Source: a bacterium
GTDB lineage: Bacteria > UBA6262 > WVXT01
Length of the DNA stretch: 13,478 nt
Direction: 5' to 3'
NCBI GenBank assembly: GCA_046759165.1
Contig: JBHIBS010000038.1
Span: 1 to 13,478 of the forward strand
The position numbers and the translations under genes were made by a program. This document shows, in pieces, positions 1 to 6,908 of this stretch; position 1 is the stretch's first letter; the number at the start of each line of letters is the position of its first letter. Under the pieces are notes generated by a model, which was given only the letters and a program-made list of their open reading frames with translations, was not told the origin of the DNA and searched no databases.

Positions 1-43
1 TCTGACCCCTTTTTCAGAGGAAAAATGAGTCTGACCCCTATTT
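1..43. repeat. Short direct repeat TCTGACCCCT x2 (REP-like unit, first copy cut by window edge)
   Basis: TCTGACCCCT occurs at 1-10 and 30-39, each followed by a T-rich tail. A small hairpin TTTTTC-AGAG-GAAAAA (10-25) lies between them. Intergenic, just upstream of the ABC ATPase. Confidence 0.5.
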
Positions 44-58
44 AGAATGGCTTGAAGA

Positions 59-1357
59 ATGGACCCGATTTTTAGAGTTAGAAATTTGAGATTTAAGTAT
101 GATGAGAGCTGGGTGCTCGATGGTCTCTCTTTTGAGGTAAGAGAGGGGGAAATTCTGGGAATAATAGGACCCAATGGCTCTGGCAAGACAACAATCCTGA
201 GGATACTCTCCAGGGTTTTAATCCCGCAGGAAGGAGAAGTCTATATTAAAGGGAAGAATCTTTTAGAACTGGGGCCAAAAGAGATAGGGCAGATAATTGG
301 AGTCGTCCCACAGGATACTCATTTCCCCTTTCCATTTACAGTTGGTGAGGTCGTTCTCATGGGAAGGTCACCCTGGCTCTCAGGCTTCGGATTCGAATCG
401 GATGGAGATTTGCAAATTGCTTCTCAAGCAATGGCTTTGACCAACACGCTAAGTTTTAGCAATCGTCTGATTTTCGAGCTCTCCGGAGGGGAGAGACAGA
501 GAGCGATAATTGCTCGAGGTTTAGCCCAGAAGCCAGAGGTGATGTTGCTCGATGAACCCACTGCTTATCTGGATATAGGACATCAGATAGAGATTTACGA
601 TCTCATCAAGAAATTGAATGCCGAAAAGAAACTAACTCTAATTATAGTGTCCCACGATTTGAATTTAGCCAGCGAGTACTGTGGTCGTCTCATTCTCCTT
701 GATGCTGGCAGAATTTATAAAATGGGGAGCCCAAAAGAGGTAATAACTGAAAAGAACCTCTCCAAAGTGTACCAGAGCAAGGTTCTTGTGGAGGAGAATC
801 CTGTTACTGGTGCGCCACGGATAACTTTGCTTAGCAAATTGATGTCCAGAAAGTACCGGGAGAAGAGATTAGTCGCTCATATCATATCTGGCGGAGGAAG
901 TGGAGTCGACTTAATGAGAAAGCTCGTAATTGAGGGCTATAAGGTAACTTGCGGTGTCTTAAATATCGGTGATGCTGACGAACTCGCCTGCGATTCCCTG
1001 GGTATTGAAGTGGTAAGGGAAGAGCCATTCTCCCCCATATCAGAGGAAGGTCTCATTAAGAATAGAAGTATGATAGGGAAAGCCGATTTAGTTATAATTG
1101 AGCGTACAAAGTTTGGAAAAGGAAACATAAAAAATCTGGAGGTTCTTCTCGAATTTCCAGAAAAGCCGATAATCGTTTTAGAAAATGATAAGTTCGATTA
1201 CACAGGAGGAAAGGCAGCCCATATCTATGAAGAACTCAAATCTCGGGGAGCAGTAGTGGTCAGGAACCATTCAGAAGTAATAGAATATCTTGAGGAGGGA
1301 TTCCAAATTGGAAAAGAAAGGATTAATTCAGCTTTACACGGGCGATGGAAAAGGTAA
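59..1357 (+). CDS. ABC transporter ATP-binding protein, cobalamin/Fe-siderophore (BtuD/FepC) family, with ~170-aa C-terminal extension
   Basis: Walker A GPNGSGKT, Q-loop VVPQ, signature LSGGERQR, Walker B MLLDEPT, H-loop SHD. GRSPW-type segment typical of the FepC/BtuD family. Next to btuR and a BtuB-like receptor. Confidence 0.92.
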   Translation: MDPIFRVRNLRFKYDESWVLDGLSFEVREGEILGIIGPNGSGKTTILRILSRVLIPQEGEVYIKGKNLLELGPKEIGQIIGVVPQDTHFPFPFTVGEVVLMGRSPWLSGFGFESDGDLQIASQAMALTNTLSFSNRLIFELSGGERQRAIIARGLAQKPEVMLLDEPTAYLDIGHQIEIYDLIKKLNAEKKLTLIIVSHDLNLASEYCGRLILLDAGRIYKMGSPKEVITEKNLSKVYQSKVLVEENPVTGAPRITLLSKLMSRKYREKRLVAHIISGGGSGVDLMRKLVIEGYKVTCGVLNIGDADELACDSLGIEVVREEPFSPISEEGLIKNRSMIGKADLVIIERTKFGKGNIKNLEVLLEFPEKPIIVLENDKFDYTGGKAAHIYEELKSRGAVVVRNHSEVIEYLEEGFQIGKERINSALHGRWKR

Positions 1358-1835
1358 GACTACAGCAAGCATTGGTCAGGCAATAAGAGCAAAAGGACAC
1401 AAATTTAAAGTATGCTTTGTCTACTTCTTCAAAAACCTGAAAGATTTCCCTTATAGTGAAGTGGAAGTCCTGAAGGGACTGGGAATAGAAACCGTTGGTT
1501 TTGTTCCTCGGCATCCTCACTTCTATAAGAATATTACACCGGAGCAGATGAGAGAAGATTGTCTGAAGGCATTAGAGTCCATTAAGGAAATATTTCAGAA
1601 AGGCTATGATATGGTAATTATAGATGAGATACTGATTGCTTTACAGGATGGGTTTTTGAAGGAGGAAGAAATTTTGGAGCTTCTGGGAAAGAAGCCAGAT
1701 TCCTTAGACATAATTTTAACTGGAAGGGGAGCGACTGGGAAGATTATAGAAAGGGCAGATTTAGTAACTGAGATGAAAAAGATAAAACACCCGTTCAATC
1801 AAGGCTTAAAAGGAAGAGAAGGAATCGAATATTAA
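1308..1835 (+). CDS. btuR: ATP:cob(I)alamin/cob(I)yrinic acid a,c-diamide adenosyltransferase (BtuR/CobO/CobA family)
   Basis: Motifs YTGDGKGKTTA, IIDEI, ILTGR, ADLVTEM..IKHPF..G and terminal GIEY. Start placed at TTG 1308 because GAGGAGG (1292-1298) sits 9 nt upstream; the ORF track uses TTG 1290. Overlaps the upstream gene by 50 nt. Confidence 0.92.
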   Translation: MEKKGLIQLYTGDGKGKTTASIGQAIRAKGHKFKVCFVYFFKNLKDFPYSEVEVLKGLGIETVGFVPRHPHFYKNITPEQMREDCLKALESIKEIFQKGYDMVIIDEILIALQDGFLKEEEILELLGKKPDSLDIILTGRGATGKIIERADLVTEMKKIKHPFNQGLKGREGIEY

Positions 1836-1847
1836 TCCAGAAGGGAA

Positions 1848-1900
1848 GTAGTGTAGGGGCTTGTGCCCGTAAACATTACGCCCATAAAGGGCCACACTAC
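1848..1900. repeat. Inverted pair of GTAG-type REP-like units (REPIN-like doublet)
   Basis: Left 23-mer GTAGTGTAGGGGCTTGTGCCCGT (1848-1870). Right 23-mer on the minus strand GTAGTGTGGCCCTTTATGGGCGT (1878-1900). 7-nt spacer. Each unit has a GTAG head and an internal GGGC/GCCC palindrome. Confidence 0.7.
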
Positions 1901-1924
1901 ACATTTTACAAAGAGGTAGTCTCT

Positions 1925-3841
1925 ATGATGTTAGGAAGGAGAAATATGATTTTGATCTTGGGAGCCATTCTACTTCTGGTTGGTCTTGCCTGGGGACAGG
2001 AAGAAGCAGTCTATATGGGAGACTTGGGAGTCATCGTAATCACGCCAACTAGAGGCCCCAGAATGGTAAAGGATTTGCCCGTTAATGTCAGTGTAATCAC
2101 CAGGGAGGAAATCGCCGAAAGTGGTGCTCAAAATGTAGGAGAAGTCCTTAAGAACAGATTGGGTGTAGAAGTAAGGAGATACGGAACTTTGGGGGCTCCG
2201 TCCTACATTGGGCTCCGCGGTTGCTCCGCATATCAGACATTGGTAATGGTTGATGGTCGTTCTGTAAACAGCATCTCTGATGGGATAGCTGACCTAAGCC
2301 AATTTCCAGTAGACAATATCGAGAGAATAGAAGTTGTGCGTGGTCCGGCCTCAGCGCTCTATGGTGCCAATGCCCTGGGAGGAGTAGTCAACATCATTAC
2401 CAGAGAAGCAAAACAGGAGAAAGTTACAGTTGATGTCAATGTAGGTTTGGGAAGTTTTGGCACTCAAATAAGTCGGTTAAATTTTGCAACAAAGAATACC
2501 AATATTAAAACCTACTTTACAGTAAGTAAGAATACTTCTGAGGGCTGGCGGGAAAATAGTGAGTACGACAGCTATAATTTTACAGGTAGATTAGCATACG
2601 ATGCTAGAAAACCCGGAATTTTTGAACTTAGAGGTGGATACCATAAAGGGAAACTGGGGCTCCCCGGCGTGAATTATAAATTAGACCCAATTACATGGCA
2701 AAGAATTTTGTTAGATGAAAAAGAAGCATCCGACCCTAACCACAATCAAGAAGATGAGAAAGAATACGCTGTCTTGGAATACTCAAATAGAGGAGAAAAT
2801 TCAAAATTGTTGCTCAGAGCCTATGGGAGTAATGACCAAAGGAGAGACCGAAATCCCGATGAACCAAGAGATGACCTTCACGAAAATATTACTCAGGGAG
2901 TAGAGACCCAGCTGGATACTCTATACGGGATAACACTTGGTATGGATGTTCACCAGGATAAATATAGACAGAGAAACGAAATCAATTCAAGAAACATAAT
3001 CAGTGAAAAAACCTTAAATGAATCTATTTTCCTCCAGGAGACTCTCTCTTTTAAGCCAGTGACCGCGATGCTGGGAGTCCGTTTCGACCACCATTCTGTA
3101 TACGGAGGCCAGACAAATCCAAGTTTCAGCTTAGTCTATCAGCCGCGAGAATCTTTAAAACTTTCATTCACCTTGAGAAGGGGCTTTCGAGCGCCAACAT
3201 TTTGCGATCTGTACCAGCCTTATACGGATTTCGGGATCTATAAAGCACAGGGAAATCCCGATTTGAAACCAGAAAAAGCCTGGGCTTATGACCTTGGATT
3301 TGAACATCAATTGGGCAATCTCTTACTAGGCAGGGTGACTCTATTCCGCACCAATATAGAAGATTTGATAGAGTGGGCAATGAATCCATCCTCTATATGG
3401 ACCCCTTCCAATGTGGCCGAAGCCTATACCCAGGGCGTAGAGGTCGAGTTTATCCATCAAATTATGCCAGGATTCTCCCAGAGCATAAATTATACTTATC
3501 TCCACAGTGCAGGAAAACGAAAAGGCGATAATAAGTATGAAATTGCGCCTTACAAGCCCCACAATCGACTCAATTACAGAATTAACTATAGTAGCGATTT
3601 AGGTCTAAGAATAAGTCTAGGGGCAGAATATGTTAGTGAACAATGGAGCGATAGAGGAAAAACAGGGGATAGATTACCAGACTACTTTTTGCTTAATGTA
3701 AGGATTGCTCAGAGAATTAGGAATCTGGAAGCGTATATTTCCTTCGATAATATTCTTGATAAGAAATACCAAACAGTTTTTGGTTATCCAATGCCGGGCA
3801 GAAAAATTATTGCAGGAATTTCCTGGAAATTCGGCTCATAG
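1925..3841 (+). CDS. TonB-dependent outer-membrane receptor, BtuB-like (probable cobalamin uptake)
   Basis: Signal peptide (RR + hydrophobic + AWG), TonB box VIVITPTR, plug motifs LRG...TLVMVDG and NIERIEVVRGPASALYGANALGGVVNIIT, barrel motifs GFRAPTF, GNPDLKPE and NILDKKY. Cobalamin specificity is inferred from context only. Confidence 0.9.
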   Translation: MMLGRRNMILILGAILLLVGLAWGQEEAVYMGDLGVIVITPTRGPRMVKDLPVNVSVITREEIAESGAQNVGEVLKNRLGVEVRRYGTLGAPSYIGLRGCSAYQTLVMVDGRSVNSISDGIADLSQFPVDNIERIEVVRGPASALYGANALGGVVNIITREAKQEKVTVDVNVGLGSFGTQISRLNFATKNTNIKTYFTVSKNTSEGWRENSEYDSYNFTGRLAYDARKPGIFELRGGYHKGKLGLPGVNYKLDPITWQRILLDEKEASDPNHNQEDEKEYAVLEYSNRGENSKLLLRAYGSNDQRRDRNPDEPRDDLHENITQGVETQLDTLYGITLGMDVHQDKYRQRNEINSRNIISEKTLNESIFLQETLSFKPVTAMLGVRFDHHSVYGGQTNPSFSLVYQPRESLKLSFTLRRGFRAPTFCDLYQPYTDFGIYKAQGNPDLKPEKAWAYDLGFEHQLGNLLLGRVTLFRTNIEDLIEWAMNPSSIWTPSNVAEAYTQGVEVEFIHQIMPGFSQSINYTYLHSAGKRKGDNKYEIAPYKPHNRLNYRINYSSDLGLRISLGAEYVSEQWSDRGKTGDRLPDYFLLNVRIAQRIRNLEAYISFDNILDKKYQTVFGYPMPGRKIIAGISWKFGS

Positions 3842-3868
3842 ATATCGAAATTTTCCCATTTTTTTCAC

Positions 3869-3897
3869 TTGACATTTAACAAAAAATTATTTATTTT
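3869..3897 (+). promoter_or_regulatory. Putative sigma70 promoter
   Basis: Perfect TTGACA (3869-3874), 17-nt spacer, TATTTT (3892-3897). Predicted start ~3904. Confidence 0.6.
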
Positions 3898-3903
3898 TAT
3901 GTT

Positions 3904-3994
3904 AAGAAATATTTCACTGAAACACTTCATCAAAGATCTCATGGCGACGAGCGGTCGCCAGGCGAAGCCCAAGGAAATGTTCAGTGAAATTCTT
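3904..3994 (+). other. Multi-branched stem-loop element (candidate ncRNA/leader RNA or dispersed palindromic repeat)
   Basis: Outer stem ATTTCACTGA (3911-3920) / TCAGTGAAAT (3981-3990), extendable outward (AAGA/TCTT) and inward (ACA/TGT, TTC/GAA). It encloses hairpins TGGCGAC-GAGCG-GTCGCCA (3942-3960) and GGC-GAA-GCC (3961-3969). Confidence 0.6.
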
Positions 3995-3998
3995 CGCT

Positions 3999-4033
3999 TG
4001 TCATTGCGAAGGACGAAGTCCTGAAGCAATCTC
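3999..4033. repeat. TGTCATTGCG...GCAATCTC palindromic repeat unit (resembles Rickettsia-palindromic-element-like small repeats)
   Basis: TGTCATTGCGAAGGACGAAGTCCTGAAGCAATCTC: ATTGC/GCAAT arms enclosing an AGGAC-GAA-GTCCT hairpin. Family resemblance is from memory and has not been searched. Confidence 0.55.
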
Positions 4034-4098
4034 GTAATTCTGCAAGACACTGGCGTGCCTTACTGAATAATCACAAAAAATTAAGAGAGTGGAAAAGA

Positions 4099-4443
4099 AT
4101 GAGAGCAATAAAAAAGTTTAAAGAAGAACTTACACGTTTAAGAGAAGAATTGCTTAGCTTGGTCCAGAAAACAACGGAGAACGAAAAAGAGTATCCAAGT
4201 AGCGAAGTGGGAGATACTATCGATTTGGCAGGCGATTCTTCTGCTCGAGAGTTACTTTTTGAACTCAATGATAGTGAGAGACATAGACTGGAAGATATTA
4301 ATAGGGCCCTGCAAAAGATCGAACAGGGCGATTTTGGAGTTTGCGAAAAGTGCGGTGATAAAATAAGCAATAAGCGACTGCAAGCAGTTCCCTATGCTCG
4401 CTTCTGCATCAAGTGTAAGGCTCAGATGGAGAAACCGGCTTAA
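4099..4443 (+). CDS. dksA: DksA/TraR family C4-type zinc-finger transcription factor
   Basis: Coiled coil with DxxDxA tip (DTIDLA), RALQKIEQGDFGVCEKCG, RLQAVPYARFCIKC. Confidence 0.88.
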   Translation: MRAIKKFKEELTRLREELLSLVQKTTENEKEYPSSEVGDTIDLAGDSSARELLFELNDSERHRLEDINRALQKIEQGDFGVCEKCGDKISNKRLQAVPYARFCIKCKAQMEKPA

Positions 4444-4469
4444 AAAATCTATAAGGAGAAAATCTTATG

Positions 4470-4507
4470 AAGCAGGATTTGTGAAATACTAATCCTGCTT
4501 TTTTATT
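4470..4507 (+). terminator. Intrinsic terminator after dksA-like gene
   Basis: 10-bp perfect stem AAGCAGGATT (4470-4479) / AATCCTGCTT (4491-4500) followed by TTTTATT. Confidence 0.8.
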
Positions 4508-4530
4508 CTCTTACTGGTCTTTTACTCTTT

Positions 4531-4570
4531 TAGTCTCTTAAGCTCCTAGTCTCTTAAGCTCATAAGCTCT
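4531..4570. repeat. Degenerate 8-nt tandem repeat (5 units)
   Basis: TAGTCTCT TAAGCTCC TAGTCTCT TAAGCTCA TAAGCTCT; includes an exact 15-nt duplication TAGTCTCTTAAGCTC at period 16. Confidence 0.75.
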
Positions 4571-4618
4571 TCTTTCCCCCGGCACTCCACTTATGTCATT
4601 CCCCAATGAATAAAAAAA

Positions 4619-4646
4619 TTGACTTTTATGAATAAACTTGTATAAT
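4619..4646 (+). promoter_or_regulatory. Putative sigma70 promoter
   Basis: TTGACT (4619-4624), 16-nt spacer, perfect TATAAT (4641-4646), 20 nt before ATG 4667. AAGGT SD-like sequence in between. Confidence 0.65.
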
Positions 4647-4666
4647 GTTGGTAAAGGTAAGATAAA

Positions 4667-4864
4667 ATGGCTAATCTAAATGACTATATGACCATAAAAA
4701 AAGCAGCCAGTTTTCTTGGCGTATCTCCTATGACTCTAAGACGCTGGGATAATGAAAAGAAATTGAAGGCAACACGCCATCCTATAAATAATTACAGGCT
4801 CTATGAGCGTAAGCAATTAGAAAAAATCTTAAAGGAGATAGAGTCAGGAAGGAGAGGCACTTAA
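4667..4864 (+). CDS. Small MerR-type/excisionase-like helix-turn-helix DNA-binding protein
   Basis: YMTIKKAASFLGVSPMTLRRWD...RHPINNYRLY winged-HTH pattern; 65 aa with no effector domain. Confidence 0.85.
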   Translation: MANLNDYMTIKKAASFLGVSPMTLRRWDNEKKLKATRHPINNYRLYERKQLEKILKEIESGRRGT

Positions 4865-4942
4865 TTTAGTTTTAGTGTAACAATGTATCCCAAAAATGTC
4901 CTCATTGGAATTTTTGAATGAGGCAGGAAGGATTAAGGACCG

Positions 4943-5581
4943 ATGTCGGGAAAAAATATAGACAAAATATTAACCTCACTAAAAAAAGAATACCCAAATG
5001 CAAAAGTTGCCTTGAATTTTAGCAATCCACTGGAGATTTTAGTAGCAACAGTTCTTTCTGCACAATGTACTGATGAAAGAGTGAATATGGTGACTAAATC
5101 TCTTTTCAAAAAGTATAGGAAAGCCCAAGATTACGCAAAAGCTAACTTGAAAACTTTCGAACAAGAGATTCGTACAACAGGATTTTATCACAGTAAAGCA
5201 AAAAGTATAATATCAGCAGCTCAAAAAATGGTAAAAGATTTCGATGGTAAAGTGCCAGATTCAATGGATAAATTAATGCAGTTACCTGGAGTAGCAAGAA
5301 AAACAGCAAACATAGTGCTTTCTAATGGATTCGGCAAAGTAGAAGGCATAGCAGTTGATACTCATGTCAGGAGATTAAGCCAGAGGTTAGGACTTACTAA
5401 AAATAAAGAGCCAGATAAGATTGAACAGGATTTAATGAAACTATTAAATAAGAAGGAATGGGGAAAGTTTAGCTATCTTTTGATTGACCATGGAAGAAAG
5501 ATTTGTGACGCAAAAAAACCAGACTGTTTAGAGTGTATTTTACAAAAACTCTGTCCTTCTAAGAAGAGTTTTTATCCTTAA
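4943..5581 (+). CDS. nth: Endonuclease III (DNA glycosylase/AP lyase)
   Basis: [16 protein letters not shown], Hh[11 protein letters not shown] with catalytic Lys, AVDTHV with catalytic Asp, 4Fe-4S motif C-x6-C-x2-C-x5-C ([17 protein letters not shown]). Confidence 0.96.
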   Translation: MSGKNIDKILTSLKKEYPNAKVALNFSNPLEILVATVLSAQCTDERVNMVTKSLFKKYRKAQDYAKANLKTFEQEIRTTGFYHSKAKSIISAAQKMVKDFDGKVPDSMDKLMQLPGVARKTANIVLSNGFGKVEGIAVDTHVRRLSQRLGLTKNKEPDKIEQDLMKLLNKKEWGKFSYLLIDHGRKICDAKKPDCLECILQKLCPSKKSFYP

Positions 5582-5585
5582 TCAG

Positions 5586-5990
5586 ATGTCTAAAAAATCA
5601 AAAAATCCTATTTTCGTAGTACAGAAACACAAAGCCACACATCTTCATTACGATTTCCGTCTTGAAAAAGAGGGTGTATTAAAAAGCTGGGCTATCCCGA
5701 AAGAACCGCCAACAGAAGAAAGCATCAAACGATTAGCCGTTCAGGTTGAAGACCATTCTTTAGGATATGAGAACTTTGAAGGTGAGATACCTGAAGGAAT
5801 GTATGGGGCGGGAACTGTGGAAACATGGGATAAAGGATATTATGTCCCGATAAAGTTTCAATCTAAAGAGCTAATCTTTAAATTAAATGGCAAGAAATTA
5901 AGAGGCATTTATTGCCTGATAAAGTTAAAACCAAAAAATCCCCAAGACAAAAGCTGGCTCCTCTTCAAAAAGAAAACTATTAGAGGCTAA
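5586..5990 (+). CDS. Stand-alone LigD 3'-phosphoesterase (PE) domain protein
   Basis: [56 protein letters not shown]. 134 aa with no polymerase or ligase domain. Confidence 0.92.
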   Translation: MSKKSKNPIFVVQKHKATHLHYDFRLEKEGVLKSWAIPKEPPTEESIKRLAVQVEDHSLGYENFEGEIPEGMYGAGTVETWDKGYYVPIKFQSKELIFKLNGKKLRGIYCLIKLKPKNPQDKSWLLFKKKTIRG

Positions 5991-6001
5991 AGAAAAATCA
6001 G

Positions 6002-6556
6002 ATGGTAAATTTTAAGAATTTTGATATGCCAGAATTTGAAGGCAAAATTTTTGATGACGGAAAATGTGAATGTGCGATTTGTGGCAAAAAGAAAAAACTT
6101 GGTGGGATGATAAGTCCAACACCGGATATGGAGGACCAAAGCCATAAAATTATATGTATAGATTGTACGCTTGAGGAATCAGCTTTAAGGCATGGGATAA
6201 CAAAAAAGGAAGCGACAGAGCGACGGAAGAGAGTGTTTGGTGCTTTTTATACATTCCAAGAAGTGATGCTTGAACGTTATTTTAAAGAAAACAAGAAAAA
6301 AAGATTTGATTCTATAGAAGAAACTAATGAGGTATTAGATTTTGTGAAAGGAACTTGGAATAGAGCGCCTAAAGAATTTCAAGAAATTATCGAAATGTTT
6401 GATAAGGGAGAGCTAAAGAAAATGTTTAAAGAATTAAGATTCGATTTTAAAACATTTTCTTCTTTGGTAAAACATAGGACAGGAGCAAAGATAGATAGAA
6501 ACGGCCCCTGCCCCTGTGGAAGTGGCAAGAAATACAAAGAATGCTGTGGGAGGTAA
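6002..6556 (+). CDS. SEC-C motif protein with N-terminal putative zinc finger
   Basis: C-terminal RNGPCPCGSGKKYKECCG (SEC-C) and N-terminal CECAIC...CIDC. The central helical region is unrecognised. Confidence 0.8.
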   Translation: MVNFKNFDMPEFEGKIFDDGKCECAICGKKKKLGGMISPTPDMEDQSHKIICIDCTLEESALRHGITKKEATERRKRVFGAFYTFQEVMLERYFKENKKKRFDSIEETNEVLDFVKGTWNRAPKEFQEIIEMFDKGELKKMFKELRFDFKTFSSLVKHRTGAKIDRNGPCPCGSGKKYKECCGR

Positions 6557-6559
6557 AAG

Positions 6560-6802
6560 ATGGAAAGAGAAGTTAAGGAATTGACTTTATTGCTTCTTTA
6601 TTTGACTAGTTGGGAAGAAAAAGAAAAGTACTTGCCACAACCACTCTATCATAGCTGGAAAGGTTACCCTTTTGAGATTCTCAATAAATTGGAAGAAGAT
6701 GGACTCATCACCCAGGGCCGAAGGAGTAAATCGGTTTATTTAACAGATGAAGGAATAAGACAGGCAAAAGAACTGAAAAAGAAATATAAAATAAGAGAAT
6801 AA
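6560..6802 (+). CDS. DUF6429-like small winged-helix protein
   Basis: ELTLLLLYLTSW...SWKGYPFEILNKLEEDGLI...KSVYLTDEG pattern; SD GGAGGT upstream. Confidence 0.75.
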   Translation: MEREVKELTLLLLYLTSWEEKEKYLPQPLYHSWKGYPFEILNKLEEDGLITQGRRSKSVYLTDEGIRQAKELKKKYKIRE

Positions 6803-6908
6803 AAATGGATAGAAAATTCAAATATAGCAGCATTGAATACGCCCTCGATGTCAATGAGCCAAGATAAAAATGGTAAGATCTGATAAGATAGATGATGCAT
6901 AAAAAGGG

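Noticed and set aside
1836..1924. Cobalamin riboswitch upstream of the BtuB-like gene
   Set aside because: The spacer is only 89 nt, I see no B12-box, and it is explained by a REP-like doublet. A riboswitch could lie upstream of the window.
937..3562. Short antisense and alternate-frame ORFs inside the ABC ATPase, btuR and receptor genes (937-1128, 1323-1520, 1604-1798, 2715-2903, 3168-3389, 3341-3562)
   Set aside because: Shadows of well-supported genes with no motifs.
3904..4033. 6S RNA, SRP RNA, tRNA, hammerhead ribozyme or integron attC as the identity of the stem-loop
   Set aside because: Too short and branched for 6S, no SRP domain IV motif, no T-loop or cloverleaf, no CUGANGA/GAAA core in the right arrangement, and no RYYYAAC/GTTRRRY ends.
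4531..4570. CRISPR array
   Set aside because: Units are 8 nt and contiguous with no spacers; no cas genes.
4667..4864. IS607 transposase or prophage excisionase marking an intact mobile element
   Set aside because: Only the HTH is present. No serine recombinase domain, TnpB, integrase or att-like repeats are visible in the window.
4883..4923. 12-codon ORF MYPKNVLIGIFE* and hairpin CCTCATT/AATGAGG before nth
   Set aside because: No SD, and the hairpin has no U-tract; compatible with chance.
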